The notes under the pieces were generated by a model. The model made no database searches. It had not been told where the DNA came from and was given only the letters and a program-made list of their open reading frames with translations. 64,000 nt of DNA from an uncultured delta proteobacterium (GTDB taxonomy: Bacteria; Desulfobacterota; Desulfomonilia; UBA1062): positions 70,718-134,717 of the forward strand of contig CAWCTR010000005.1 of the NCBI GenBank assembly GCA_963798485.1. Reading direction: 5' to 3'. Shown in pieces: positions 9,985 through 18,793 of this stretch. The position numbers and the translations under genes are program-made. Each line of letters starts with the position of its first letter. Position 1 is the stretch's first letter.

Positions 9985-10899
9985 TCACTTCTTGAAAAAA
10001 TCTTTGAAGAACGATTTTTCCTTCTTGTCATCGCCCGCAGGGGAAGGTTTCGGTTTTTCTTTTGGCGCCGAAGGCGCCTGTTCCTCTTCTTCGTGCTCGG
10101 CAAGCCGTCCTTCTCCGAGGAAGCGCAACGCAGGACCGTTCGGGGCAAGGACAAGTATATCCTGGGGTTTCATGGGTGCTTCAAATCCTATTGCAACCCC
10201 GTTGATGGAAATGCTGTTGCGGCCGGTGAGGTCCCTCACCCAGTACTGGTCGGCGTTGAAGAAGATCTGCGCATGCTCCTCGGCAATTGCAGGATGATTC
10301 AGCACGAACTCACAATCCGACTTTTTGCCGATGATGACAGGGAGCTCTTTGTACGAGCGCAGCGTAGGCCCGAGCTGGATAATGAGCGGGGCCTGCACCT
10401 TCATGACCGGCTGGCGCGGTTGAGAAGACGGCTTTGGCGCTTCTTTGAGCGGGATGAAGGAATCCACCGGCAAGGCCGGAGGCACAACCCTTTCGACAGG
10501 GGTCGGCGGGACTGCTTTAGGGGCTGGGGTCGGCACAGGGGCAGGGGCTGCAGTGACCTTCTCGACCTGTACGGCATCGGTGATCTTTGCCAGGAAGCTT
10601 GCCTTGGGGCCGCCCTCGGCGAGCATGATTATATCGCCGTCTTTGAGAAAGGCCTCGGTTATCTTCTTGCCATTGACAAAGGTGCCGTTCGCACTGTGGT
10701 CAACAAGCTTGTACCTGTTCCCTTCACGGACGAGCTCTGCATGCTTGCGCGAAATGGTGGTGAGCTCGGCAGGGAACTGCACCTGGCAGGATTGGTGCCT
10801 GCCCATGGATATGGCCGGTTCGGTAAACTCCTGAATCTGTCCTTTCAGCGGTCCCTGGATGTGGACGAGCTGGACGATGATGACCGGCAACTCTTTCAT
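9985..10899 (-). CDS. Tandem FHA-domain protein with Pro-rich linker
   Basis: FHA1 MGRH..ISRKHA..DHSANGTFVNG; degenerate FHA2 IGKK..IAEEHA..DLTGRNSISING; start MKELPV chosen because the upstream extension runs into a MITE. Confidence 0.85.
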   Translation of the reverse strand: MKELPVIIVQLVHIQGPLKGQIQEFTEPAISMGRHQSCQVQFPAELTTISRKHAELVREGNRYKLVDHSANGTFVNGKKITEAFLKDGDIIMLAEGGPKASFLAKITDAVQVEKVTAAPAPVPTPAPKAVPPTPVERVVPPALPVDSFIPLKEAPKPSSQPRQPVMKVQAPLIIQLGPTLRSYKELPVIIGKKSDCEFVLNHPAIAEEHAQIFFNADQYWVRDLTGRNSISINGVAIGFEAPMKPQDILVLAPNGPALRFLGEGRLAEHEEEEQAPSAPKEKPKPSPAGDDKKEKSFFKDFFKK

Positions 10900-10955
10900 A
10901 AGGCCTTGAAAATTACAAGGGAAGCAACTGTCTGTCAAGAAAATTGAGAGGATAC

Positions 10956-11097
10956 TAGACCTTAGCATAACCTACTCATGGGTCATTGCGAGGAGCCGAA
11001 GGCGACGTGGCAATCTCGATAAATCCAGACTGTGCCAAGATGCAGAGATTGCTTCGCTTCGCTCGCAATGACTAACATAGGGTTATGCAAAGGTCTC
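10956..11097. mobile_element. 142-bp MITE with IS5-like terminal inverted repeats and internal REP-like stem
   Basis: TIRs TAGACCTTAGCATAACC / GGTTATGCAAAGGTCTC; flanking direct repeat GATAC at 10951-10955 and 11098-11102; internal GTCATTGCGAG..CTCGCAATGAC. Confidence 0.75.
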
Positions 11098-11194
11098 GAT
11101 ACAGGTAATCCTCAATTGATGGGTGGTGTGCGGCAGGCATACGCCTTCGAAGGGATTCATTGAGGCATAATCTTTCTATTGAGCGAGGGAAGGG

Positions 11195-11923
11195 ATGGCT
11201 TTGAAAATTCAGGGCATCGGCAAGACCGATGTCGGTTTGAAGAGGACGAACAATGAGGATGCCTTTGTTCTAAGGCCCGATCTGGGGTTCTGGGCAGTGG
11301 CCGACGGTATGGGGGGTGCTGCTGCCGGAGAGGTTGCGAGCCGTATCTTTGTAGAGACCGCGACAGAGGCCTTTGCCTCAAACAGCACTGAAGAGACCCA
11401 GATGGACCGCGTGAAGAATGCCTTCACCCTGGCCAACAGGAGGATGCTCGATCATGTGGCCTTACACCCCGATCATGCAGGGATGGGGTGCACGGCAGAG
11501 ATCCTTGCCATATCAGGCGATGATATTTTTATCGGGCATGTGGGAGACAGCCGGACCTACCGCCTGAGAAATGCCGATTTGAAGCAGCTTTCAGTAGATC
11601 ACTCCCTTGTGCAGGAGCAGATCAAACAGGGGCTCATCAGCGAGCAGGATGCAAGGAGCCATGCAATGCGCCATGTGATTTTACGGGCGGTGGGGAATAA
11701 GGAACCAATCGAGATCGATCTCCTCAAGGGCAAGGGCCTGCCGGGCGACATCTTCCTTTTATGCTCGGACGGCCTGACCGATATGGTTGATGATGCGGCT
11801 ATCCGGGACTGTTTAAACCGGGGGGAAAGCCTTCAGGCCCTTGCCGATCAACTCATCGATCTGGCAAAGGCCGCAGGCGGCAAGGATAATATTACGGTCG
11901 TGCTGGTCAAGCTGCTTGGCTGA
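11195..11923 (+). CDS. PP2C-type Ser/Thr phosphatase (Stp1/PppA-like)
   Basis: RTNNEDA, VADGMGG, GHVGDSR, LCSDGL, GGKDNITV. Confidence 0.95.
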   Translation: MALKIQGIGKTDVGLKRTNNEDAFVLRPDLGFWAVADGMGGAAAGEVASRIFVETATEAFASNSTEETQMDRVKNAFTLANRRMLDHVALHPDHAGMGCTAEILAISGDDIFIGHVGDSRTYRLRNADLKQLSVDHSLVQEQIKQGLISEQDARSHAMRHVILRAVGNKEPIEIDLLKGKGLPGDIFLLCSDGLTDMVDDAAIRDCLNRGESLQALADQLIDLAKAAGGKDNITVVLVKLLG

Positions 11924-11943
11924 CAAAGGAATGAAGCAAATTT

Positions 11944-12933
11944 ATGTCCTCTAAGAGTCTCTTCTATCAAAAGAAATTCATCGCCACGATGTTCATGGCC
12001 CTCATGCTGTATGCCTGCCTCGCATGGGCTGAAGAGGGTTTTGAGAGCAAGGTCTTCCCGATCCCCAGATATGAAGCCGAACAGGTTGTTACGGATTGGC
12101 TGAGGCATGAGGGATACAGTGTGAGCAAGACAACAGGCGAGAATTCGGTCCTGGTGAGGGCAACACAGAAAGCCCAAGAAATGAGAGTCGTCTTGAAGCA
12201 CCATTCCCCGCTGTCTACGGAGATATCGATAGATAACACCGCCATGGCGGGCCATGCCGGTGCATTATGGAAATACCTGACAGGTTACATGCAGGGATAC
12301 ACCTCCACGCAGGAAGATCAGGTCAGCCCGGGCGACCTGCAGAATAAGTCTTCTCTTCAGGATGAATCAAAAAAGAAGGTGCCTGCACCTATCTTGAATA
12401 GGATCGATGCGGTTGTCTGCATCAAGGCCTTAGGGAAGAACAACCCCGCTCAGCTCACCGGGTACATCGTAGACAAGGATGGGTTGATCATCTGTACGGC
12501 GCACACCCTTCAAAAGCCGCAGGTGCTCGCCATTTTTCTCTCAAACGGCCTCCGGGTTGAAGGAAAAATCATCAGGGTTGATAAACAAAAGGACCTTGCC
12601 CTGATCGATTGCAACCACCATTTTTCAGAGGTGATCTCGCTGAACAACGGCAAGGTAATGCCTGAAACAGGTCAGAAGGTCTTCTCAATAGGTTATCCCC
12701 TTGACCATGGGAATAAGATACTGACAGGCTTTATCAGCGGTCCGCCGAGGCTCGTCGAGGGCCAGCCCCTCCTCCAGGCCAGGATGGTTGTGGAGCCCGG
12801 CAGCAGCGGGAGCCCTGTCTTTGACGCAGGGGGAAACCTCGTGGCCATGGTGAAGGGGAGGCTAAAAGGTGACAATCTCTCAGGGCTGCTTATCCCTTTG
12901 GAAACGATTATCTCATTTATAAAGGAAAGGTAG
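11944..12933 (+). CDS. Exported trypsin-like serine protease (S1, no PDZ)
   Basis: Signal peptide ..ACLAWA; triad motifs CTAH, DLAL, PGSSGSP. Confidence 0.85.
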   Translation: MSSKSLFYQKKFIATMFMALMLYACLAWAEEGFESKVFPIPRYEAEQVVTDWLRHEGYSVSKTTGENSVLVRATQKAQEMRVVLKHHSPLSTEISIDNTAMAGHAGALWKYLTGYMQGYTSTQEDQVSPGDLQNKSSLQDESKKKVPAPILNRIDAVVCIKALGKNNPAQLTGYIVDKDGLIICTAHTLQKPQVLAIFLSNGLRVEGKIIRVDKQKDLALIDCNHHFSEVISLNNGKVMPETGQKVFSIGYPLDHGNKILTGFISGPPRLVEGQPLLQARMVVEPGSSGSPVFDAGGNLVAMVKGRLKGDNLSGLLIPLETIISFIKER

Positions 12934-12936
12934 GAT

Positions 12937-14106
12937 ATGAATTACGGCCGCTACGAGATCGTCAAGGAACTGGGGAAGGGTGCCATGGGCGTTGTCTACC
13001 AGGCCCACGACCCGCATATAGATAGGATGATCGCCCTGAAGGTGCTCAGGCCCGACCGCGTGAGCAGCGAGGACTTTGTCCAGAGATTTCTCAAGGAGGC
13101 CAAGGCCATCGGCCGCATGTCGCACACGAATATCGTAACGGTATATGATGTGGGCGAAGACCAGGGAACGGTCTATATTGCCATGGAATATCTCGAAGGC
13201 GTGCCGCTCAATACCTATAGCAGCGAAAAGCCCCTTGATGCCGAGGAGATCGCCGGGATAGGCATCCAGGTGGCGGACAGTCTCGACTATGCCCATACCA
13301 GGGGAATAGTGCACCGCGACATCAAGCCGCAGAACATCATGGTCGCCCCGGGCGGGGTGGTGAAGCTGACGGATTTCGGCATTGCCCACATCGAAGACCC
13401 TTCTGCAAGCCAGCAGACACAGGCGGGCGAGATCCTGGGCACGCCGAACTATATGTCGCCGGAACAGGTCATGGGTAAAAAGGCTGACGGCCGGTCCGAC
13501 CTCTATTCGCTCGGCGTCATCCTCTACGAACTTGCCACCGGAACGAAACCCTTCAAGGGCGACAACCTGGCAGCCATCTTCCATGCCATCACCTCGGAAA
13601 CCCCGGCAAGGCCGGATAAGGTCAATGCCGAGTTCCCTCCCAAATTTTCCCAGATAATCATGAAGTGCCTTCAGAAGGAGCCTGATGAGCGTTTTGCCAA
13701 CGGCCACGACCTTGCCGCCGGCCTGAGGTCTTTCCTTAAGGCGCAAAGGCCCGGCGCCACGGATGCATTACCGGAAAAGAAGATATCTGTGGTGAAGGTT
13801 CTTGCAGCGGTTATCGTTCTGATGGTTATAGCTGCGGGTGCGATCTTTTTCATGACCTCAAAAAAGGGGGCGCCCGTCGAGATGGGGGCCTTCAATGTTC
13901 AGAGCGTTCCGGCAGGGGCGCAGGTCTATATCGACGGCACCTTCAAGGGTAAATCCCCGCTGGCACTCGAACTGCCCATCGGAGGCCACGAGGTGCGCAT
14001 GATCATGCCCGAGTACTACGACTGGGAGGCCCAGGTGCAGGTCGAAAAGCAACCGGTACCACCGCTGAAGGTAGAACTGGTGCCCGTGGAAAAGAGCGGC
14101 CAGTAA
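12937..14106 (+). CDS. Membrane Ser/Thr protein kinase with C-terminal PEGA domain
   Basis: GKGAMG, HRDIKPQN, DFG, GTPNYMSPE; TM; PEGA VQSVPAGAQVYIDG..GKSP. Confidence 0.95.
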   Translation: MNYGRYEIVKELGKGAMGVVYQAHDPHIDRMIALKVLRPDRVSSEDFVQRFLKEAKAIGRMSHTNIVTVYDVGEDQGTVYIAMEYLEGVPLNTYSSEKPLDAEEIAGIGIQVADSLDYAHTRGIVHRDIKPQNIMVAPGGVVKLTDFGIAHIEDPSASQQTQAGEILGTPNYMSPEQVMGKKADGRSDLYSLGVILYELATGTKPFKGDNLAAIFHAITSETPARPDKVNAEFPPKFSQIIMKCLQKEPDERFANGHDLAAGLRSFLKAQRPGATDALPEKKISVVKVLAAVIVLMVIAAGAIFFMTSKKGAPVEMGAFNVQSVPAGAQVYIDGTFKGKSPLALELPIGGHEVRMIMPEYYDWEAQVQVEKQPVPPLKVELVPVEKSGQ

Positions 14107-14157
14107 TGGATGGGTGAGAATAATGCCCGCACATTCCGAGTGAAGAGAAACAAGCCC

Positions 14158-14180
14158 TGTAGGAGCGGCTTCAGCCGCGA
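14158..14180. repeat. GTAG-family REP-like hairpin
   Basis: TGTAGGAGCGGCTTCAGCCGCGA. Confidence 0.55.
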
Positions 14181-14343
14181 TTGCCCATCATGTATCAAAA
14201 GAGAAGATATAGGAGTCGAGAAGAAATGGAGTCGGGCCGAGGTAAGTCTTTTTAAAATGCTGACAGGGTACCCCTTTATGAATATAGTTATTTAGGTGAT
14301 AATAGGTCAAGGGAAGTTTGCCCGAAAATGTGTCCAATATCAT

Positions 14344-14382
14344 ATTATCAAGGCAAATCTACCTGATAATCAATGGTTCGCC
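14344..14382 (+). promoter_or_regulatory. Candidate attI / array entry site
   Basis: GTTCGCC (14376-14382) is the exact reverse complement of the first attC left core GGCGAAC; preceded by ATTATCAAGG..CCTGATAAT rather than an attC stem. Confidence 0.45.
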
Positions 14383-14409
14383 ATCTAGAATTCAATATTC
14401 GAGGTGATT

Positions 14410-14655
14410 ATGGAATTCAATAAAGACAAAGTTGATGAGTATACATTGGCTTTGCTCTACTTGGTCATGTGGGAAGAAAATAATTATGCCCGAATGGCAT
14501 GGAAGAATTTCGATTGGGATACAATGAATCGCCTTTGTGAGAAGGGTTACATCTTTGATCCCAAGAACAAATCAAAATCTGTTGCGGTAACTGAAGAAGG
14601 TTTTAACAAGGCAAAGGAACTTTTTCAAAAGTTCTTTGGTGAAGGCAATGAATAG
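14410..14655 (+). CDS. DUF6429-family small winged-helix-like protein (cassette 1)
   Basis: DKVDEYTLALLYL..AWKNFDWDTMNRL.EKGYI..KSKSVAVTEEG; RBS GAGGTG. Confidence 0.85.
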   Translation: MEFNKDKVDEYTLALLYLVMWEENNYARMAWKNFDWDTMNRLCEKGYIFDPKNKSKSVAVTEEGFNKAKELFQKFFGEGNE

Positions 14656-14666
14656 TAATCGCCTTC

Positions 14667-14760
14667 GGCGAACAAGCAAATCCAGCGGACCACTGGGGCC
14701 GTTTGTCATTGCTGATTCAACGATCACCTGCCCCAATGGCCGCTGATCCGCGCGTTCGCA
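14667..14760 (+). repeat. attC site
   Basis: GGCGAAC..ATCCAGCGGAC..CCGCTGAT..GTTCGCA. Confidence 0.85.
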
Positions 14761-14771
14761 CCGCTTCGCGG

Positions 14772-14927
14772 TGCGAACAACCGAGTTGACCGACTGCGTC
14801 AGGTCGCCCGACTGGCCTGCTCCGCTTCGCTGCGCGAACCAGTCGTTCGACCTGACTTTTTGCCCTGCCAATCGGTCGCTACGCGCCCATTGGCAGGGCA
14901 AAAAGTCGGTCAACTCGGTCGTTGGGC
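14772..14927 (+). repeat. Long (156 bp) attC site with two internal hairpins
   Basis: TGCGAAC AACCGAGTTGACCGACT..AGTCGGTCAACTCGGTC GTTGGGC. Confidence 0.75.
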
Positions 14928-15014
14928 CACGGAGACTGATCCAGAGTAGGATAGGTGAGTATGGGATACCAGTGGGCAGCACGATAGGCGCTCACTTCAA
15001 CTGAGGAGGATACT

Positions 15015-15929
15015 ATGGATACCAATTCTATTCTCGCAATTATTGGAGCTGTTCTGGGACTTCTGGCCATTGTGCTGGTCTTTGTCTTCCGAGATTTCCA
15101 GAGAGAACGAGTGGTCAGTGCAATCGAAACTCGTCTCGAATCGTTTAATCAAAACGCTCGGGCTACCTTAGATAAAGCATCTGCAATAATACAAGAACTG
15201 CAAGAGGTACGCTCTGCCTCTCAAAATCTGCGTCCTGATCTCTCCATCTTTTTGGCTACACAATGGAAATTCATTGAAAAGGTTTTCCGCTATCGATTCG
15301 AGAAACATGGGATAGCTAGAAAGATTGCAACAAAGCACATTCGCGACAATATGTCCGTTCTCTTAGATTCCGGATCTACGACAGACTTGGTAACGTCTGA
15401 GCTTCTCCTGAATCCATTCAGTGGAATGAATATATACTCCAACAATGTTTTCGCTGCAATGCATTTAGTAGGTACCCGGGCAGTGTCATTCTATCTCCTG
15501 CCGGGTAGGTTCAGCGAAATCTATGCCGCAGTTTACAGCCCCGAAGCAAATAGACAAATAGGTCAGATGGGGTTCAATTTGTTCGTCCTTGCCACCACGA
15601 CCCTAAGATTCGAAAACGGCATAATGGTTCACATCTCTGACGACGATAACTATGAATTCAAACGAACAGCCTTGATGACATTCGCTCACAACACTGAAAG
15701 CAAACTGTTGATCGCATTAGACGCATCTAAGTTTTTTGAGCCTATTGGTAAATATCGGGGAGTAGTTACGCCTAATGAGTGGAGAGACATTCTATCCCGA
15801 GCGGCATCACGTATTGTGATCGTTACGTCACCCCCTTCGCCAGATTTTAGCGCGCAGCAACTTACTCTCCTTCAGGAAGAGATTGCCAAGTTTAGGGGTA
15901 CTGGGATACTAGTAGACGACGCGTGTTAG
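15015..15929 (+). CDS. Membrane-anchored DeoR C-terminal sensor-domain protein without HTH (cassette)
   Basis: N-term TM and coiled coil, then EKHGIARKIA..VLLDSGSTT..IYSNN..LDASKF. Confidence 0.72.
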   Translation: MDTNSILAIIGAVLGLLAIVLVFVFRDFQRERVVSAIETRLESFNQNARATLDKASAIIQELQEVRSASQNLRPDLSIFLATQWKFIEKVFRYRFEKHGIARKIATKHIRDNMSVLLDSGSTTDLVTSELLLNPFSGMNIYSNNVFAAMHLVGTRAVSFYLLPGRFSEIYAAVYSPEANRQIGQMGFNLFVLATTTLRFENGIMVHISDDDNYEFKRTALMTFAHNTESKLLIALDASKFFEPIGKYRGVVTPNEWRDILSRAASRIVIVTSPPSPDFSAQQLTLLQEEIAKFRGTGILVDDAC

Positions 15930-16056
15930 GGAGCGCGCCAGGGACGACCACGTCGGACGAGTTGGTAAGACGAGTCGTAGTTGACTAACGTTACAGAGTC
16001 CGGGAAGTGGTGGAGGCAACCATTGACAGTGGACAACATGAAGGGCATAAACCATT

Positions 16057-16113
16057 GCCCAACAAGGCAATCCAGCGGACGTCTTGCAGCCGCCGCTGAT
16101 TTATGTGTTAGCG
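16057..16113 (+). repeat. attC site
   Basis: GCCCAAC..ATCCAGCGGAC..CCGCTGAT..GTTAGCG. Confidence 0.88.
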
Positions 16114-16118
16114 CTCAG

Positions 16119-16685
16119 ATGTCATACATCTCCGAAGCCATCGCAGAGATTCATATGGCATTGGATTCAAACCCCAATGAGCGCCACCTGCTTGACCTTA
16201 TCGACCAGAACCTCACTTCGCTCAGGTCCCGATATCGAACACACCGGAGCGAATTCACAGATGGCGCCATCCAGTTCTTAAAGTCGCTATCCCCGTTTCA
16301 AGAGGCTCTCCGCGAATTCATTGATGCCATCGAGGAAAAGGACTGGATTCGCACTCGCGACGACGCACAGGAACTTGCCGGTCGATTTGGCGAGCTTAGA
16401 GATCGATTGTTTCCTCATCTGGTATTCAAGCGGGCTGAAAAGGAGCTTCGTGAAGTTACCTCAAAGGCACAGTCCCTACCATTTGCCGCTGTAGTGGCAG
16501 GTGAAGCCGAATTTAACCGTCGACTTGCCCACCTTGAAAGAAATGCTCAGCCGTGCCAGAAATGCGGAGCGAAGATGGCGCTTCGTGAAAGCCAACATGG
16601 CTATTTCTGGGGGTGCAGTACATTTCCGCAGTGCTTCAGCCGGCGATGGCTGTCTTCCGAGGAATCGGAGTTCCTGTTCCCATGA
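16119..16685 (+). CDS. Helical protein with C-terminal topoisomerase-type C4 zinc ribbon (cassette)
   Basis: CQKCGAKMALRESQHGYFWGCSTFPQC; start moved to the ATG just after attC. Confidence 0.75.
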   Translation: MSYISEAIAEIHMALDSNPNERHLLDLIDQNLTSLRSRYRTHRSEFTDGAIQFLKSLSPFQEALREFIDAIEEKDWIRTRDDAQELAGRFGELRDRLFPHLVFKRAEKELREVTSKAQSLPFAAVVAGEAEFNRRLAHLERNAQPCQKCGAKMALRESQHGYFWGCSTFPQCFSRRWLSSEESEFLFP

Positions 16686-16686
16686 G

Positions 16687-16779
16687 CGCTAACCTCTCGG
16701 TCAACCGGACATGCAAGCGATGCTTGCAGGTTCCCCCCGGTCTTTGGCCTCCGGCGGCCGGTTACCTCAAACATTAGCT
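16687..16779 (+). repeat. attC site, right core mutated (ATT for GTT)
   Basis: CGCTAAC..GGTCAACCGGAC..CCGGTTACC..ATTAGCT. Confidence 0.78.
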
Positions 16780-16791
16780 CTTAGGTAAAAT

Positions 16792-17397
16792 ATGGATACT
16801 ATTTCACCTGTCATATCAATTGTCGCCCTTATTGTTTCGCTGTTTACGGCGTGGTTCACAATTCTTCGTCGTGGTTCGGTGCGTAGTACACATCCTTCAT
16901 TTGTTGCGTTTCGCTATGACTTTGTGGACAAGCCAGTTCCACAGGCTAAGATATTCCTACGCACCCTGCTTTTTTCTACAGGCAAAAGAGGGTTGGTTAT
17001 CGAGAGTCTCTTCCTTCGTGTGAGCGAAGGGACGCGCTCCGAGGAGTTTTCTTTCTGGGGATATGGGGACAAAGACCTTGTTCGTGGTAGTGGTATTTTC
17101 GTACCTGAGACTGGTGTCGTAACAAATCACCATTTCAATCCATTACATACTGAAACTCTGTTTCGGTTCTCACATGGGACATATAGGTTGGAGCTGGTTG
17201 CCAAACTTGCTGCAAGGAAGGGCTTGGTCTCACTTTGGGATATAGCATTAGATATTCCAACCGGTGCCTATGATACCAGCATAGCGCGCGAAACAGCAGT
17301 ATTCTTCAACTGGTCACCGGAGGAACGACGTTACGTCGGCACTATTGAAAAGCGGTCAGGCTTTATCAATGCCTTTTCTGACCCGACCGAGAGCTAA
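16792..17397 (+). CDS. Hypothetical N-terminally anchored protein (cassette)
   Basis: Hydrophobic N-terminus; stop lies in AGCTAAC, complementary to the cassette start (G/A)TTAGCT. Confidence 0.7.
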   Translation: MDTISPVISIVALIVSLFTAWFTILRRGSVRSTHPSFVAFRYDFVDKPVPQAKIFLRTLLFSTGKRGLVIESLFLRVSEGTRSEEFSFWGYGDKDLVRGSGIFVPETGVVTNHHFNPLHTETLFRFSHGTYRLELVAKLAARKGLVSLWDIALDIPTGAYDTSIARETAVFFNWSPEERRYVGTIEKRSGFINAFSDPTES

Positions 17398-17441
17398 CCA
17401 TTTAGGATTGAGACGACCTGAAAGATCGTATTCAATCCATT

Positions 17442-17505
17442 GTTCAACCACGGCATGCAGCGTATCGCCAATAAAGCCGGCTCCCGGTGATGCCTGCCGT
17501 TATAC
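17442..17505 (+). repeat. attC site
   Basis: GTTCAAC..GGCATGCAGCG..CGGTGATGCC..GTTATAC. Confidence 0.75.
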
Positions 17506-17525
17506 AGAGGAGGTGGAGGCACACT

Positions 17526-17666
17526 ATGGTTCCGCAGAGTAATAGTATGGAACCTAATTACTCGGTCTTTTACTACCTCGACCATCTGAAACATTCAGTC
17601 GGAACTGAGGGAAAAAGGAAAAAGGGAAGGAAAAAGGGGACAGATTTATTTTTTGATAATGTCTAA
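17526..17666 (+). other. 46-codon ORF or cassette remnant between two attC sites
   Basis: RBS GGAGG, MVPQSNSMEPNY...; 3' part is a purine-rich tract ending GGGGACAGATTTATTTTTT. Confidence 0.35.
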
Positions 17667-17714
17667 CCAAATCCAGCGGACAGCTTATAGCCGCCGCTGA
17701 TCCGCACGTTCGGT
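17661..17714 (+). repeat. attC site
   Basis: GTCTAAC..ATCCAGCGGAC..CCGCTGAT..GTTCGGT. Confidence 0.82.
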
Positions 17715-17722
17715 GACAAGAT

Positions 17723-18784
17723 ATGATGAAATTGATTGATTTAGGTTTTGATCCCTGGTTTGAAGCACATGTCGAGGACATGCGCCAAGAGGATCAAGGC
17801 ATTGCTCGTGTGTCAGCAGTTGACCGCAACTCGTATATTATCAGGAATGAGCTCAGAGAGATTCCAGCTGAACTTGCAGGGAAGTTCTATTTCCGTGTTG
17901 AGTCCTCGGTTAAACTACCATGTGTCGGCGATTGGGTCACCGTGCAGTATCATAATGATGACACCTCGGCAATCATCCATGGAGTCTTTCCACGAAGGAC
18001 GTTTTTACGCCGAAAGCGTGCCGGCATAGAAGTGGACTACCAGATGATTGCAGCCAACATTGATATCGCTTTCATTGTCCAGTCATGTCACTTTGACTTT
18101 AATCTACCTAGACTGAATCGGTATTTAGTAATGGCAGCTGACGGACATGTTGAGCCGATTGTCATTCTTGCCAAAACGGACTTGATCTCCCACGATGAGC
18201 TGCAACAGAAGCTTGCGGCTATTAGACAGGCTGGCATCACGACCAGGGTTATTGCACTCAGTAACATAACCGGCTCCGGATTTGACGAATTCCACCAGGT
18301 ATTAATACCGGGTCGAACATATTGCCTGCTTGGGTCATCCGGAGTCGGCAAGACTACACTGATCAATCATCTGATTGGCCGGGATGATCTTGATACTAAA
18401 GCTGTCAGTGGAACAGGAGAAGGCACACACACAACAGCGCGTCGGCAACTCATTGTTCTTGATAAAGGAATGATGTTCATTGATACACCTGGAATGAGAG
18501 AACTAGGCCTTCTGGGCGCCAGTGACGGGGTAAACAAAGGGTTTGAAGATATTATTGAGCTTTCCATGGCATGTCGCTATGCCGATTGCAGCCATACTCA
18601 GGAATCAGACTGTGCAGTTCTTACTGCAATTACAAATGGCGAGTTGAGTGAAGAGCGCTATTCTAGTTATTTAAAACTCAGGAAAGAGTCAGAGCACTAT
18701 GAGATGTCGTACTTGGACAAACGTAAAAAGGACAGAGCATTCGGACGCTTCGTTAAGACAGCAAAGAAGAATATGAAAAAATGA
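17723..18784 (+). CDS. rsgA: Ribosome small subunit-dependent GTPase RsgA paralog (cassette)
   Basis: VGDWV, IAANID, permuted GTPase AKTD / GSSGVGKT / GTHTT / DTPG, Zn knuckle CRYADCSHTQESDC. Confidence 0.93.
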   Translation: MMKLIDLGFDPWFEAHVEDMRQEDQGIARVSAVDRNSYIIRNELREIPAELAGKFYFRVESSVKLPCVGDWVTVQYHNDDTSAIIHGVFPRRTFLRRKRAGIEVDYQMIAANIDIAFIVQSCHFDFNLPRLNRYLVMAADGHVEPIVILAKTDLISHDELQQKLAAIRQAGITTRVIALSNITGSGFDEFHQVLIPGRTYCLLGSSGVGKTTLINHLIGRDDLDTKAVSGTGEGTHTTARRQLIVLDKGMMFIDTPGMRELGLLGASDGVNKGFEDIIELSMACRYADCSHTQESDCAVLTAITNGELSEERYSSYLKLRKESEHYEMSYLDKRKKDRAFGRFVKTAKKNMKK

Positions 18785-18793
18785 ATGACGTGC

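Noticed and set aside
14572-15070. ORFs overlapping the first attC sites
   Set aside because: They read through palindromic recombination sites; no RBS or motifs
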